Assembly (NCBI RefSeq): GCF_000341895.1
Contig: NC_020409.1
Span: 1,920,001 to 1,952,000, forward strand
Length of the DNA stretch: 32,000 nucleotides
Reading direction: 5' to 3'
From: Pseudodesulfovibrio piezophilus C1TLV30
GTDB lineage: Bacteria > Desulfobacterota > Desulfovibrionia > Desulfovibrionales > Desulfovibrionaceae
Shown: positions 14,791 to 23,199 of the stretch, piece by piece
Numbering within the stretch: position 1 is the stretch's first letter
Layout: each line of letters starts with the position of its first letter
Made by a program: the position numbers and the translations under genes
The notes under the pieces: model-generated
What the model was told of the DNA's origin: nothing
Databases searched by the model: none
Seen by the model: the letters and a program-made list of their open reading frames with translations, nothing else

Positions 14791-15855
14791 ATGAGCGAAT
14801 ACACCAAAATCGGCGTCTGGCAGACAGCCTTTCTCGGCGATGCCGTCCTGACTCTGCCCTTGTTGCACGCCCTCAAAACCCGCTACCCAAAAGCGGAAAT
14901 CCACTTTTTCGTCCGCAGTGGCGTCGAGTCTGTCTTTACGGCCCAGCCGGAGATCACCCGCGTTCGCCCCTTTGCCAAACGAGGTGCGCAAAAATCCCTT
15001 TCCTCAGCGGTTCGGTATGGCTGGGAACTCGGCAGGGAAGGCTTCGATCTCTGGATTTCAGCGCACAAGAGTTTCCGCTCCGCCTTGATAAGCGGAGCCA
15101 CCGGCATCAATCGGCGTATCGGCTATGATCAACCATGGTTCAACACGCTGGCCTATACAGAAACCGTTTCGCGCCGCTTTGCAGACCTGGAGGAAATAGA
15201 ACGCCTCTTCCAACTACTCAAGCCCCTTGGCATCGACGCGCCCGCTCCCAAGGCGTCACTCTCGATATCCGACGAGACACGACAGGATGCGGAACAATTC
15301 TGGAGAGCACACTGTGGCAATCGCCCGGTGCTTGGCCTGCACCCCGGCTCCACATGGCCCACCAAATGCTGGCCCGTGGAATATTTCAGCGAGATAGTCA
15401 CTCGCGCAGCCCGTGCCGGAGCGCAGGTGCTCATTTTCGCAGGACCGGATGAACGGGACGTCGCAGCCCAGGTTCAGGCAGGAGCCGAGGTCGAAGGTTC
15501 TGTCAATGTTCTCAATCTGGGTGGAGAATTGACGCTCCCACAGCTGGCCGCCTACCTTGGCAAACTCAACGCCTATCTGACAAATGACTCCGGCCCGATG
15601 CACCTTGCCTGGGCCCAGGACACCCCTTTGGTCGCCCTGTTCGGCCCCACTGTCAGAGAACTGGGCTTCTTCCCGCGCGGCGACAACTCCACCGTGGCCG
15701 AGATTCCCCTTGAGTGTCGGCCATGCGGCCTGCACGGTCCCAGGCGGTGCCCGCTGAACCACCACGACTGTATGCGCCGCCTGACTCCCGACATGGTCTG
15801 GGAGATGCTTCGAAGAAAACTCTTCACCGAGCCCTTTGACCAAAGCGTTTTTTGA
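14791..15855 (+). CDS. Glycosyltransferase family 9 (ADP-heptose:LPS heptosyltransferase-like)
   Basis: The motifs KIGVWQTAFLGDAVLTLPLLHALKTRYP..., GLHPGSTWPTKCWP and LTNDSGPMHLAWA are GT9 heptosyltransferase hallmarks. Confidence 0.88.
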   Translation: MSEYTKIGVWQTAFLGDAVLTLPLLHALKTRYPKAEIHFFVRSGVESVFTAQPEITRVRPFAKRGAQKSLSSAVRYGWELGREGFDLWISAHKSFRSALISGATGINRRIGYDQPWFNTLAYTETVSRRFADLEEIERLFQLLKPLGIDAPAPKASLSISDETRQDAEQFWRAHCGNRPVLGLHPGSTWPTKCWPVEYFSEIVTRAARAGAQVLIFAGPDERDVAAQVQAGAEVEGSVNVLNLGGELTLPQLAAYLGKLNAYLTNDSGPMHLAWAQDTPLVALFGPTVRELGFFPRGDNSTVAEIPLECRPCGLHGPRRCPLNHHDCMRRLTPDMVWEMLRRKLFTEPFDQSVF

Positions 15856-15896
15856 TGTAGACTCGTTGCAAACCCTAACGGTTGCGGGAGGTCTCA

Positions 15897-16319
15897 ATGC
15901 TCTGGTTTCATCCGGCTCTCCAGATATTCGCCACCTTGGTGGGGCTGTACGCGGCCTCCCTTGGAATGAAACGATTTCTGGCCCGACATTTTGAAATGCG
16001 CACACGCTTTCCCTGGAAACGGCATGTGACAGTGGGACAGATAGCCCTGTCCCTCTGGTTACTCGGCATGATAGGCGGCATGACCGTCGCCCGCCTCAAA
16101 TGGGAAGTGAACTTCGTGACAGGCGCTCACTACAAAACAGCGTTCGCCATGCTCCCGCTTCTCATTCTGGGGGGCGCTTCAGGCCTCTATATGGACAAGA
16201 AAAAGGCTCGCAGAAAAATACTGCCCCTGGCCCACGCTGCTTGCAACCTGATATTACTTGCCCTGGCGTTATGGCAATTCAGGACAGGCTTTCAGGTCAT
16301 CAAGGATTTCATCCTGTAA
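15897..16319 (+). CDS. DUF4079-like integral membrane protein
   Basis: Four predicted hydrophobic helices are present and the sequence begins MLWFHPALQIFATLVGLYA. The RBS GGGAGG lies 5 nt upstream of the ATG at 15897; the track ORF starts at a TTG at 15882. Confidence 0.65.
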   Translation: MLWFHPALQIFATLVGLYAASLGMKRFLARHFEMRTRFPWKRHVTVGQIALSLWLLGMIGGMTVARLKWEVNFVTGAHYKTAFAMLPLLILGGASGLYMDKKKARRKILPLAHAACNLILLALALWQFRTGFQVIKDFIL

Positions 16320-16377
16320 GCAACCTTGCGTTTTTCCCGTTGCAAAGGTATCCGTTTTCTCCACTCAGGGAGAAATT

Positions 16378-16686
16378 GTGTCCGACGAATTCAACATATT
16401 CACCGATGCCCCCGCCATTGAGCCTCTTTCGGAAGAAAATGCGCCATGCGTGGGGTGTGGCTGGTGTTGTCTTCGGGATCCATGCTCGGAATCTCACCGC
16501 CGTTATGGCTACACCAAACGTTGCCCTGAGCTGCTCTGGGACCCAAAAAACACCCGCTATATCTGCAAGTTGATGCTCGACCCGAAGTACGGCGAAGACG
16601 TTCGCCGATCTCAACACGCCGGACAAGGCTGTTACGCCCCACTCAATGGATGGAGACTGGACGTTCGAGACCGGGATGACGTATGA
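16378..16686 (+). CDS. Small Cys-rich protein with CxxCxxCC motif (YkgJ/UPF0153-like zinc/iron-chelating domain)
   Basis: The GTG start at 16378 is preceded by AGGGAGAAATT. CVGCGWCC matches the CxxCxxCC signature, and further Cys residues lie downstream. The upstream part of track ORF 16258.. overlaps the preceding gene and looks non-coding. Confidence 0.55.
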   Translation: MSDEFNIFTDAPAIEPLSEENAPCVGCGWCCLRDPCSESHRRYGYTKRCPELLWDPKNTRYICKLMLDPKYGEDVRRSQHAGQGCYAPLNGWRLDVRDRDDV

Positions 16687-16943
16687 TTTTTTTACAACGC
16701 GACCGGCCCCTGCTCCCGCTCTCTGCTGTCCCTTTCGACATCTCCCTTTTCCTTCCTCTTCCAAACATGCTGAAACTCTTTCGCAAAAGCCTGAAAAAAC
16801 ACTCTGCACAGTGCATCAAAGAATCGCCGCCCATGCCCGTGATGCCTTGAAATACGGGGGTTGCATCAATCATTCTTTCACGATAGAGAAGCCTTTCCCC
16901 TCATGGGGGGAACTACATCATTTATAAGGAAGACGGAAAGACT

Positions 16944-18848
16944 ATGATCAAGATCCGCAAAGATGACGACAGACGAGGTCCCTCCAATGGACCGCGCAAA
17001 GACGATAGACGCGATAATTTTACCCGCAATGACAGGGATGACCGTCCTCGCCGAGACGATCGGTCAGAAAGGCCTCGTCGAGAGGACAGAACCGATCGAC
17101 CACGCCGAGACGACAGAACCGATCGCCCGCGTCGTGATGACAGAACCGATCGACCGCGTCGTGATGAAAGCCGAGGCCCACGCAAGTTTGAGAAACGAGG
17201 CGGAGGCGGACGGGGCAAACGTGACTTCTTCGGCAATCTCCCTCCCCGCGACGAAGAGTCGTTCGTCGACAAATCCCAGGCGGTTTCCGAACACCGTTTC
17301 AATGATATTTCCGACATCGACAATCAGGTCCTGAATCTGCTTGAGAAGCGTGCATTCCTTATCCGCAAGGAAGGCGCATGGCGTAAATCACGCCAAAAAT
17401 CCCTGGTCGACCCCAAGCTCGAAAAGCTGCTGCGCGGCTCCTTTGACAAACACGCCGGGGAACTTGGCCTTGATGCTAAACTGACCAAACAGCTTTTCAC
17501 CCTGCTCAACCAGTTTTCCCTGGCTGACATTCGCAAGAAATTCGAAGGCGAAGGATACAAGCTTGCCCCGCGTGTGGAAGCGGTTTCTGCTTCCATCACC
17601 GGCCCTCGTTCCTTCCGTTTCACACGAATGCTCCTGACACTCGCAGCAAGCTCCGGCGCTGCGGTTAAACTGGCTCCAGTGACAATGAACGCCCCCAACA
17701 AGGATCTGGCCAAGGCCCTCAAGCAGGCCGGAGCACCCATCTCCTGGGATGATGATTTCATCCGCAATGAAGGAGACCGTACCCTCGGTTTTGAAGGCAA
17801 CATGATCTTTGTTGGTGAAGACCACTTCAACTTCTATATGTTGCTCTGCCTCGCTCTGGGCCACGCAGGTCGTTGCAAATTCACCGGCAAGCCAGCCCTT
17901 CAGCTGCTGGATATCGCCACCATGAACAGGGTGCTGCCCAAATTGGGAGCACGCCTTGTCCCCATGAATCCGAACAACCCCGGACTTCCCGCACGCCTTG
18001 AGTGCGGTGGTCCCATGGACGAGGAAATAACCCTGCCCGGCGGCATTGATCCTGATTTCGCAGCCGCCCTGACCCTGGCGGCATGGTCCTTTCCCGGAGG
18101 CCTGACCATCCGGGGACTGAACCAGACGGCCAGGGAACGTGTTGCCGAAGCCGTGGATGTTCTGACGATCTGCGGCATCAAGGCCACCCTGGAAAAAGAT
18201 TCCGTGACGGTTTCCGATGGCATTCCCGTCATTGAAGAACGCCCGCTCCTGCCCCTGTCTGTCCGGCTCAACTCCATTCTTCTGGCCCTGCCTGCCATGG
18301 CTGGCGGGTCTATCAACATCGCTGGTTCCTGGCCCAAGTCCGACAAGGGAGACCGGGTTCTGGAACAGCTCCGCGCTCTGGGACTTCGCATTGATGTCGC
18401 CACGGAAAACATCATTGCGACCATGGAAGGTGAATTACCTGAATCCGCGACCATTACCCTCGGCGAAAGCGAGGAAATGCAGCCCCTGGCTCTGGCCTTG
18501 GCCATGAAGCTGGGTAACGCCACCCTCACCGGTGAACTGAGCGAAACAGGAGCCGAACTTCTCGACCGCACAGGGGTCGCTTACGAAAAAACCGAAAGCG
18601 GCGTGGAGATCAAATCCGGCGAACGGTCGTGGGAAGGCACATGGTTCAGCCCGGAACCTATCTGGTCCATGGGATGCGCCCTGGCTGCCTACTCGGTGCC
18701 CGGCATCAAGCTGGAAAACCACGGAGAAGTGACCTCCACCTGGCCCGAGTTCTGGAACTTCTACAACTCCCTGCCCTCCGGCAAGATGAAACCCAAGCCG
18801 GTCAAGGAAACCAAAGATGACACACGCAGAAGAATCAAAATCCGGTGA
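16944..18848 (+). CDS. Chimeric protein: N-terminal Arg/Asp-rich 9-aa repeats + chorismate-mutase-like helical segment + EPSP synthase (EPT fold)-like body with degenerate catalytic motifs
   Basis: The RBS GGAAAG lies upstream of the ATG. Residues 30-74 are five 9-aa repeats: DRDDRPRRD, DRSERPRRE and three copies of DRTDRPRRD. The segment ISDIDNQVLNLLEKRAFLIRKEG...DPKLEKLL...GLDAKLTKQLFTLL resembles an AroQ chorismate mutase. The rest parallels AroA: ITGPRSFRFTRMLLTLAA vs PGSKSxSNRxLLLAAL; LALGHAG vs LGNAGTA; C-terminal VTSTWPEFWNFY. Confidence 0.85.
   Translation: MIKIRKDDDRRGPSNGPRKDDRRDNFTRNDRDDRPRRDDRSERPRREDRTDRPRRDDRTDRPRRDDRTDRPRRDESRGPRKFEKRGGGGRGKRDFFGNLPPRDEESFVDKSQAVSEHRFNDISDIDNQVLNLLEKRAFLIRKEGAWRKSRQKSLVDPKLEKLLRGSFDKHAGELGLDAKLTKQLFTLLNQFSLADIRKKFEGEGYKLAPRVEAVSASITGPRSFRFTRMLLTLAASSGAAVKLAPVTMNAPNKDLAKALKQAGAPISWDDDFIRNEGDRTLGFEGNMIFVGEDHFNFYMLLCLALGHAGRCKFTGKPALQLLDIATMNRVLPKLGARLVPMNPNNPGLPARLECGGPMDEEITLPGGIDPDFAAALTLAAWSFPGGLTIRGLNQTARERVAEAVDVLTICGIKATLEKDSVTVSDGIPVIEERPLLPLSVRLNSILLALPAMAGGSINIAGSWPKSDKGDRVLEQLRALGLRIDVATENIIATMEGELPESATITLGESEEMQPLALALAMKLGNATLTGELSETGAELLDRTGVAYEKTESGVEIKSGERSWEGTWFSPEPIWSMGCALAAYSVPGIKLENHGEVTSTWPEFWNFYNSLPSGKMKPKPVKETKDDTRRRIKIR
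17031..17165 (+). repeat. Five in-frame 27-bp tandem repeats (coding)
   Basis: Units start at 17031, 17058, 17085, 17112 and 17139. The last three (GACAGAACCGATCG...) all encode DRTDRPRRD but differ at synonymous positions. Confidence 0.9.
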
Positions 18849-19122
18849 AGCGCGACTGAGCGATGATATCCCCACTCTTGAAGCCGAAGCCGCACAGCTG
18901 ACTCTTGAACGAGAAAGAACCGCGAAACGAGTGCGGGAATTGATGGAGGCGGAAAATCCCAAAGAGGGAATCTACCACCACAAGGAAATATTCGAATTGC
19001 AGCAGCAAAAACTTCGCTTGGACGTGGACATCAAGTTCCGCACCAACAAGATCAACCGGATCACCCTCGGCATCGAGGAAGGCGGTCCGAGTGAAGGCCT
19101 TGAAAAGGGCTTTCTCTTCTAG
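18817..19122 (+). CDS. Hypothetical 101-aa coiled-coil protein, overlapping the end of the upstream gene by 32 nt
   Basis: AAGGAA lies 7 nt upstream of the ATG at 18817. The composition is charged and heptad-like (LEAEAAQLTLERERTAKRVRELMEAE...ELQQQKLRLDVDIKF). A clean terminator follows at 19151. Confidence 0.5.
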   Translation: MTHAEESKSGEARLSDDIPTLEAEAAQLTLERERTAKRVRELMEAENPKEGIYHHKEIFELQQQKLRLDVDIKFRTNKINRITLGIEEGGPSEGLEKGFLF

Positions 19123-19150
19123 AGGAAATGATTACGAGCCGTAGAAGCGC

Positions 19151-19187
19151 GCAGGGACGATTTGTGAGAGGATCGTCCCTGCTTTAT
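19151..19187 (+). terminator. Rho-independent terminator
   Basis: An 11-bp stem is formed by GCAGGGACGAT (19151..19161) and ATCGTCCCTGC (19172..19182), followed by TTTAT. Confidence 0.75.
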
Positions 19188-19256
19188 CCTGCCAGGGCAC
19201 TTTGGCGGCTGTAACTGAGAGTACCCGATAACCTTTTGACATTGCAGGAGTGACAG

Positions 19257-21179
19257 ATGGGCAAGTCCATAACCCACAAGATCATTGAAAAGCACCTCGT
19301 TTCCGGAGAGATGGTTCCGGGGCAGGAGGTGGGCCTCCGTATCGACCAGACCCTGACCCAGGACGCCACAGGCACCATGGCGTGGCTCCAGTACGAGGCC
19401 ATCGGCATCGGCGAAGTGAGAACAGACCTTTCGGTCAGCTACGTCGATCACAACACCTTGCAGATGGGCTTTCGCAACCCGGACGACCACCGCTATCTGC
19501 GTACCGTGGCCGCTCAATCCGGCGCGATCTTTTCTCCTGCCGGGACCGGTATATGTCATCAGCTCCACCTTGAAAACTTCGCCAAGCCGGGTGCGACTCT
19601 CATCGGGTCCGATTCCCATACCCCCACAGCGGGTGGCATTGGGTCCATGGCCATGGGCGCAGGCGGACTCTCCGTGGCGCTCGGCATGGCCGGAGAAGCC
19701 TATTTTATCCCCATGCCCAAAGTGGTCAAGGTCCACCTGACAGGTGAACTGACAGGATGGGCCGCAGGCAAGGATGTTATCCTCGAACTGCTTCGCCGCC
19801 TTACGGTGAAAGGTGGCGTGGGTAAAGTCTTCGAATACGGAGGTCCTGGCGTTGCTGCCCTGTCCGTCCCGGATCGGGCCACCATCACCAATATGGGTGC
19901 TGAACTCGGTGCCACCACTTCGATCTTCCCCTCCGACGACAAAACCAAAGACTTCCTGACCAAGATGGGACGCCCCTGCGACTTCGTTGAACTGGTTGCC
20001 GATGAGGACGCCTCCTTTGATGAAATCATCGAAATCAACCTCTCGGAACTGGAACCCATGGTTGCCCAGCCGCATATGCCCGACCAAGTCTGCAAAGTGC
20101 GAGACCTGGCTGGCAAAAAGATCGACCAATGTGCCATTGGCTCCTGCACCAACTCCTCGTATTCCGACCTCAAAAATACCGCGCAGATCCTGTCCGGTAA
20201 AAAGACTCCGCCCGAGACAGACCTGCTGATTTCCCCCGGCTCCAAACAGGTCATGAAGATGCTGTCCCGCGAAGGGCTGATCGAACCATTACTGGATGCC
20301 GGAGCCCGCGTCCTGGAATGTACCTGTGGTCCCTGCATCGGCATGGGAGGTTCACCGACCAGCGGAGGTGTTTCCGTACGCACCTTTAATCGGAACTTCG
20401 AAGGCCGATCAGGCACCCTGGACGGCCAGGTTTACCTTGTTTCTGCCCAGACAGCCGCGCGGCTGGCACTTGACGGAGAATTTTCCGATCCTGCCACTTG
20501 GGGACCGGCTCCCGAACGCATCGAACTGCCCGATGATGTCCCATCGATCCGCGACCTGTTTGTCTTCCCGCCCGAGGACAAGGATTCCGTGGAGATTCTG
20601 CGCGGTCCCAACATTGTGGCTCTGGAAGACTTCACTGAATTACCCAAGACGGTACAGGCCAAAATCCTGCTCAAGGTCGAGGACAATATCACCACGGACC
20701 ACATCCTGCCTGCCGGTGCCGAGATTACAGCCCTGCGCTCCAATATCCCGGCCATCAGCCAGTATATCTTCAACCGCGTGGATGCCGACTTTGTCGGCCG
20801 CATGAAAAATCATGGTACCGGAGTGATTCTCGGCGGCGAAAACTATGGGCAAGGTTCCAGCCGGGAACACGCCGCCCTTGGACCGCGTCATCTGGGGGTC
20901 AAGGCGGTTATCGTCAAATCCCTGGCCCGTATCCATCGTGCCAATCTGGTCAACTTCGGCATCCTGCCCTTGTTATTGGTCAATCCTGCCGACTACGACA
21001 GACTGGAGTTGGGAGCAGAACTGACCATCCCGGCCGGGGACATGACACCCGGCGGAACTCTTGAAATCACAACAGCCAGCGGCGATGCCATCCCGGTCAT
21101 AAATGATTTGACCAAAAAGGAACTGGATATTATCCAGTCAGGTGGTTTGCTTAACGCTGTCCGTCAAAGTCAATCGTAA
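19257..21179 (+). CDS. Aconitate hydratase (about 640-aa short form)
   Basis: The sequence RIDQTLTQDATG...IGSDSHTPTAGG...CAIGSCTNSS...CGPCIGMG...NRNFEGR...GENYGQGSSREHAA carries the aconitase Fe-S ligand and swivel-domain motifs. Confidence 0.95.
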   Translation: MGKSITHKIIEKHLVSGEMVPGQEVGLRIDQTLTQDATGTMAWLQYEAIGIGEVRTDLSVSYVDHNTLQMGFRNPDDHRYLRTVAAQSGAIFSPAGTGICHQLHLENFAKPGATLIGSDSHTPTAGGIGSMAMGAGGLSVALGMAGEAYFIPMPKVVKVHLTGELTGWAAGKDVILELLRRLTVKGGVGKVFEYGGPGVAALSVPDRATITNMGAELGATTSIFPSDDKTKDFLTKMGRPCDFVELVADEDASFDEIIEINLSELEPMVAQPHMPDQVCKVRDLAGKKIDQCAIGSCTNSSYSDLKNTAQILSGKKTPPETDLLISPGSKQVMKMLSREGLIEPLLDAGARVLECTCGPCIGMGGSPTSGGVSVRTFNRNFEGRSGTLDGQVYLVSAQTAARLALDGEFSDPATWGPAPERIELPDDVPSIRDLFVFPPEDKDSVEILRGPNIVALEDFTELPKTVQAKILLKVEDNITTDHILPAGAEITALRSNIPAISQYIFNRVDADFVGRMKNHGTGVILGGENYGQGSSREHAALGPRHLGVKAVIVKSLARIHRANLVNFGILPLLLVNPADYDRLELGAELTIPAGDMTPGGTLEITTASGDAIPVINDLTKKELDIIQSGGLLNAVRQSQS

Positions 21180-21248
21180 TCAATGAAATCAACCGCCGCC
21201 TCCTCGCAAATCGGGTGAGGCGGCGGACAAAGAGTTTCTGGAGTAGTA

Positions 21249-23141
21249 ATGCTTGAGATAATGCGTGAAAACGCGTCGGGCTGGGTCGTCAAGGTCATCT
21301 TTGCCATCCTCATCGTCGTCTTTGTCTTCGCCTTTGGTATGAGCGGTATGGACACAGGCAATGATCCTGTCCTTGCCACCGTCAACGACCAAATCATCAC
21401 CCGAGCCGAGTTCGAGGATGCTTTCCAACGAGCCGCAGAGGGGATGCGCAAGTCCAACCCGAGCGTCACCAGCGCCCAGTTGCAGACACCACAGTTCAAA
21501 CAGATGGTTCTCGGTGAACTGATCAATTCCCGACTGCTCCTTGACGAAGCGAGCCGCCTTGGTATTTCCGCTTCCAAGAAAGAAGTTTTCGCAGCCATTA
21601 CCCGCCAATCCATTTTCTGGAACCAGCAGGGACAGTTCGACCGCAACATCTATCAGATGGCCCTGCGCTCCATCCGCATGACTCCTCCGCAGTTCGAGGC
21701 CAATTTCCGCAATGAATACATCTCCGACAAGGTCAAGAACATGGTCCGTCAGACCGGCGTCGTGACGCCGGAGCAGGCACGTCAGATATACGACTGGGTG
21801 GGAGAACAGATCACCATCGATTATATCCAAAAGACCCCTGCCGATTTCATGAAGCGTGTGAATGTGACCGAAGATGAAGTGGAAAAATTCTACACTGCCA
21901 ATGAAGAGAAATTCATGGTGCCGGAACAGGTTCGCCTGCGTTACCTGTCTTTCACCCCATCCGACCTCGCGGCCTACCAGACCGTCTCTGATGAGGAAAT
22001 CAAGGCATATTATGATGCCAATGCTGATTCCATGATCCAAAAGGAACAGGTCAAAGCCCGCCATATTCTGATTCTGTCAAAAGAAGATGATCCCGAGAAT
22101 GTCCAGAAGGAAGCTCGAAACAAGATCAATCGTATCTATAAAAAAGCCAAGGCAGGATCTGACTTCGGCAAGTTGGCTCAAAAGTATTCCGAAGGCCCCA
22201 GCGCCCCTCGGGGAGGAGAACTGGGGTGGTTCGGTCGTGGTGACATGGTCCCGGAATTCGAGACCGCGGCATTCACCACCCCCAAGGGCTCTTTCTCCCA
22301 ACCGATCAGGACACAGTTCGGCTGGCACATCATTCTGGTGGAAGACCACAAGAAAGCAGAAACCAAGACTCTGGAGCAGGTCAAGGACGAGATCTCCAAT
22401 ACTTTGGCCGAAGAAAAAGCGTCCGAAAAGGTCACTGACATGCTCGACCAATCCATGGACCGCCTTGTCTCCGGTATGAAGCTGGAGGATGTGGCGGATG
22501 AGCTGGGTATGTTGGCAGTAACGTCCCGTCCCATCCCGGAAAAATTCCTGCCCCAGGCCTTTGGTATGACCCCGGAAGCCGCCAAAGTGGTGATGTCCAT
22601 CCCCGTGGGAGAAGCTCACCAGACTCCTCTGGCCATCGATGGCGGATATATGCTCGTGGAAAAAGCTGAAGACATTCCGGCCGCCCCCATGGAACTGGAA
22701 CAGGTCAAGCCGGTGATCATCAACAATATCAAAAAAGACAAAGCCACGGAGCTTGCCCAAAAAGCCGCCGAGGACATTCTCGCCGAACTTGCAGCCTCTC
22801 CTGAGGCCGCCAGGAAATACAAAGGCCAGATCAAGACAACCACGCCTTTTGATCGCAAGGGCACTGTCGCGGAACTGGGTCAGAATGAAAATATGGCCAC
22901 AGCCGCTTTTGCTGCCAGAGACAACGCATGGCTGGACCAGCCGTATGTCATGCCCTCCGGTATCATCGTTGCTCGCGTCGCCAAACGCATTCCCGCTCCT
23001 GAAGCAGCATGGGAGGCACAAAAGGACGCTTGGATGCAACAGGCCAGCCAGAACTACGAAAACGAAGTGCTGAACGCCTTCATGACCGGTCTGCGTGAAA
23101 AAGCCCAGATCGAGATCGCCCGTCCGGACCTGCTGAACTAG
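21249..23141 (+). CDS. ppiD: Periplasmic chaperone / peptidyl-prolyl isomerase PpiD-like
   Basis: It has an N-terminal membrane anchor (MLEIMRENASGWVVKVIFAILIVVFVF), a SurA_N-like region and a parvulin domain (ARHILI...GGELGWFGRGDMVPEFETAAF...TQFGWHIILVED). Confidence 0.9.
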   Translation: MLEIMRENASGWVVKVIFAILIVVFVFAFGMSGMDTGNDPVLATVNDQIITRAEFEDAFQRAAEGMRKSNPSVTSAQLQTPQFKQMVLGELINSRLLLDEASRLGISASKKEVFAAITRQSIFWNQQGQFDRNIYQMALRSIRMTPPQFEANFRNEYISDKVKNMVRQTGVVTPEQARQIYDWVGEQITIDYIQKTPADFMKRVNVTEDEVEKFYTANEEKFMVPEQVRLRYLSFTPSDLAAYQTVSDEEIKAYYDANADSMIQKEQVKARHILILSKEDDPENVQKEARNKINRIYKKAKAGSDFGKLAQKYSEGPSAPRGGELGWFGRGDMVPEFETAAFTTPKGSFSQPIRTQFGWHIILVEDHKKAETKTLEQVKDEISNTLAEEKASEKVTDMLDQSMDRLVSGMKLEDVADELGMLAVTSRPIPEKFLPQAFGMTPEAAKVVMSIPVGEAHQTPLAIDGGYMLVEKAEDIPAAPMELEQVKPVIINNIKKDKATELAQKAAEDILAELAASPEAARKYKGQIKTTTPFDRKGTVAELGQNENMATAAFAARDNAWLDQPYVMPSGIIVARVAKRIPAPEAAWEAQKDAWMQQASQNYENEVLNAFMTGLREKAQIEIARPDLLN

Positions 23142-23167
23142 ACAGGACAACCAGAACGAGCTTCATG

Positions 23168-23199
23168 GGGCTGACCGGGTGTCTCGGTCAGCCCTTTTT
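23168..23199 (+). terminator. Rho-independent terminator after ppiD
   Basis: A 10-bp stem is formed by GGGCTGACCG (23168..23177) and CGGTCAGCCC (23185..23194), followed by TTTTT. Confidence 0.8.

Noticed and set aside
15256-16005. 249-aa minus-strand ORF
   Set aside because: It is antisense to the GT9 heptosyltransferase and spans the intergenic gap. It has no motifs.
17031-17165. Possible CRISPR-like array
   Set aside because: The repeats are directly adjacent with no spacers. The units are 27 bp, in-frame and translated as part of a long ORF, so this is not a CRISPR array.
16922-17323. 133-aa minus-strand ORF with RRGRSVLSS repeats
   Set aside because: It is the mirror image of the in-frame 27-bp repeats of the plus-strand 634-aa gene. 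The plus frame continues into recognisable domains and has an RBS.
19119-20129. 336-aa minus-strand ORF
   Set aside because: It is a shadow ORF antisense to the aconitase gene. The sequence is low-complexity and Gly/His/Arg-rich, and the plus-strand frame has unmistakable aconitase motifs.
22077-23150. 357-aa minus-strand ORF
   Set aside because: It is antisense to ppiD, has no recognisable domains, and is typical GC-frame mirror sequence.
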